From Balanoglossus misakiensis (taxonomy: Eukaryota; Animalia; Hemichordata): a DNA stretch of 64,000 bases. A model generated the notes under the pieces. It had not been told where the DNA came from and did no database searches. It saw nothing but the letters and a program-made list of their open reading frames with translations. Positions 61,301 to 64,000 of the stretch are shown here, one piece after another; position 1 is the stretch's first letter; the number at the start of each line of letters is the position of its first letter. The translations under genes and the position numbers were made by a program. Where the stretch lies: assembly GCA_040954595.2 (NCBI GenBank), contig CM082596.2, positions 1,331,854 through 1,395,853 on the forward strand, given 5' to 3'.

Positions 61301-64000
61301 GTTTTGACTGAATTTTCATGACTATAACAACATTCACTCTAACCCCTCACGACACGTCACATGCCCATTGCATCTTGGGAAAACAGGGCATTGCATGCTG
61401 GGTAGGGGTCAAATCCGTTCTGACCCTCCACCCCACTTTGCTTGCATGGTAACATGTATTTATCAGACACCTACACTCACAAAGCGCGGACAAATACAGG
61501 TGGCTATACTTCATAGCAGAGCGTAGATACAGAAACACAATCCTCTAAATGTCCTCAGGCTCCCTTCAAGGGGGATTTCCCGTCTCCCACCTACACCTAC
61601 ATTCCATCTAAATGTCAGAGGTGCGTTGTAACACAACAGTCGGAACAAACATGGCCCAACTTTTCGAAATCAACAACAAATGTTATACACTGGAGCTATC
61701 TACCATAATTACTATATTTCAAAGATCCCCTAGATATGTGCATATCATAAATTTATTCTTCAAAACAAATACTGAGCAATTTCTACTGCAACTTGCATGT
61801 CAGTCCACATTCACCAATTTGATAAGTTACAGCCACCAATGCACTGTGGGTCAAAAGACATGATCCTTTTGCAACACAATGCAAGCAAGTTGTCAGTTTG
61901 ACAGTGCAATATTATATATGAGATCACAGATAAAAAGTCATCAAAAGTCAAAAATCTGTTTACAGACAAAACACTTTGAGGAATGTCAGCTGTGATCTGT
62001 GATCTGTATATAATTCATCTTCTGATATATATATTTCAGCTTCTGTTTTCTTAATTCCTGAGCAGTTATGTTAAGAATCCATCTCTAAGTACTTTTTCAA
62101 TATTTAAATTATCTTTTGATACATAAATTTCTTTTTTCCTGATCGTCAAATTACTTGTGTGAACAACATAAATGGAATCCCCAATCCAGGCACTCCTCAT
62201 CATCAATGCTGCTTCAGTACTTTCATGCATATTCATGATGAAATAAACCTGATGAAAATTCAATAAGTATCGCCACAAGCCACAATGATCCAATTACATG
62301 GAACTGCAATATTATTAATGGACTGTTGGCATTAAGTGGGTTCTATTCCAGTACCACATCAAATCCAGGTGTATTTTCTCCCTAGCTAACACAGTCATCC
62401 AGGGATGTACAAAAAATTTGTTATACTTGTACTTTTGTGTGAGCCACTATGCAGATGTATTAGGGATACGTGGATTTTCCTGTAAACAAATGTTCAGAAG
62501 CCGACGATGTTACTGCTTTTGAAATACAGCTGGTTGCTTCAACCGAATTGGCTTTTTCTTACAGCTTGATCACCTACTGCAGTGTGTCTGTGCTATCCTC
62601 AGTGATCAGGAATTGAAAGCTATTCTATGTCTGCCTGGAACATTTAACCTGTTTACAATCAAGTCGAGCTCCCCTGGAAACCATCTCCCAAGTTTGATAC
62701 TGGAGTTTATTTCCATCTCACTTCATGGAATGTCTGAATTGTAAACTTTGCAACATGTCTCCAATGTTATCATGAAACCAATAATTTGTTTTAGATTGAA
62801 TCATGGTGAGCAAGTATTTGCGACCATGAAATATATGTCTGTAATTTGTAGCTATGGCAATAGACTGATAACACTTTGAAATTCCTAACGCAGGAAACTC
62901 ATCCGAAGTTCCAGGAAAACTGGGCAGACATTTTCCAGGCATTTTTAATGGCAAACATACTCACTCCTTTCTGGCCTTTAACAGCTCTATATGCAATTTG
63001 AGGCTGATGCCAAAAAGTGTTACTGGAGCTATAAAGATCCACAAAATAATCCCTCAGAGAATTATACACTTATAAAAGATACAATAAGATATTCCTGCCT
63101 TGTTCTCTGCATTAAATGCCCGATGAGACTTCCACTGGTATTTGAACAATTTCTACGTTGACAAAAATATCCAACGATTTCAGCTGTCAAGGGGCACATT
63201 ATTGAGATATTACATCCTAAATATTGAATTATGTGTTCTTGTATCGTACCCTCTGCTCTTTCGATGCCTGGCAAATGAATGTCTGATCAAGAGGGCAACA
63301 AAGTTCAATCTTCCAGCCGTCTTCAGTATGTATCAGATTTTTTCACAAGGAACTTAGTCTAGATATATGTGGGCTGGCTCGCAACATCAGGGTGTTTATT
63401 ACACCTCAGAGGAATCAAAATCACTTGAAAACTGGACTAGTTGTCTCAAGTGCGGCCAATATTCCCCCTGGCTACTTCACTCCTCTCTATAAACCGATAA
63501 AAATATCAAACATGGCAATAAACGAGGAATCCTGCCATAGTGAAAAGTGATGTTCGTTCACAGTGTTTAGTCAGATTTTACCATTGCAAGTGACAACATA
63601 GTCCATGGTCAAGGTTGTGCTATGTTTTGGCTGATCAATAACACTGGAGTTCATCACTGCTTCATTTATCAATCACGGTCTTTAATACTCTGGTTAATGA
63701 AATTATGTAAGGAACACATTCAGCAATAAACACAGACATTACCATAACATAGCCATATTGCTGTGTGTACATACAGAAGCGGTAAAATTACCAAGGTTAC
63801 TCAACAGTATAGTTGCAGGAAGGAAATCTGCAAACAATGCTTTGTATTGAAGCGACCTTGGACTATTTCAATAAACATACAAATGCTAAATAATGAATGT
63901 TTGATAGTTTTCACAGTCTGATCCATCACCAACTCAAGTTTACCCTTCAACAGAAATCCCAGACAACAGCAACCACATAGATTGGATCACATGTACACAT

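Overview
AT-rich eukaryotic genomic DNA with GT-AG introns; the exon translations suggest a marine invertebrate, possibly a non-vertebrate deuterostome (inference). There are two multi-exon genes, both on the minus strand. (1) A villin/advillin-type gelsolin-family gene: ATG at 14933, domains G1-G4 in the window, continuing off the left edge, with a probable non-coding first exon near 24.6 kb. (2) A MEKK2/MEKK3 (MAP3K2/3) gene with PB1 and kinase domains: 13 exons at 28907-37618 plus a short upstream ATG exon, about 637 aa. The most interesting features are not in the ORF track. They are a tandem-duplicated pair of 72-nt, apparently mutually exclusive exons in villin domain G4; a candidate 6-nt microexon in the G3-G4 linker; two perfect DR4 nuclear-receptor elements in the villin first intron; a 3-kb foldback transposon (TATGG...CCATA ends, 6-bp GATATC duplication, 21-bp minisatellite arms) next to a MAP3K acceptor; and several alternative phase-1 start exons for the kinase. 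Exon boundaries were read by eye; no database searches were run.
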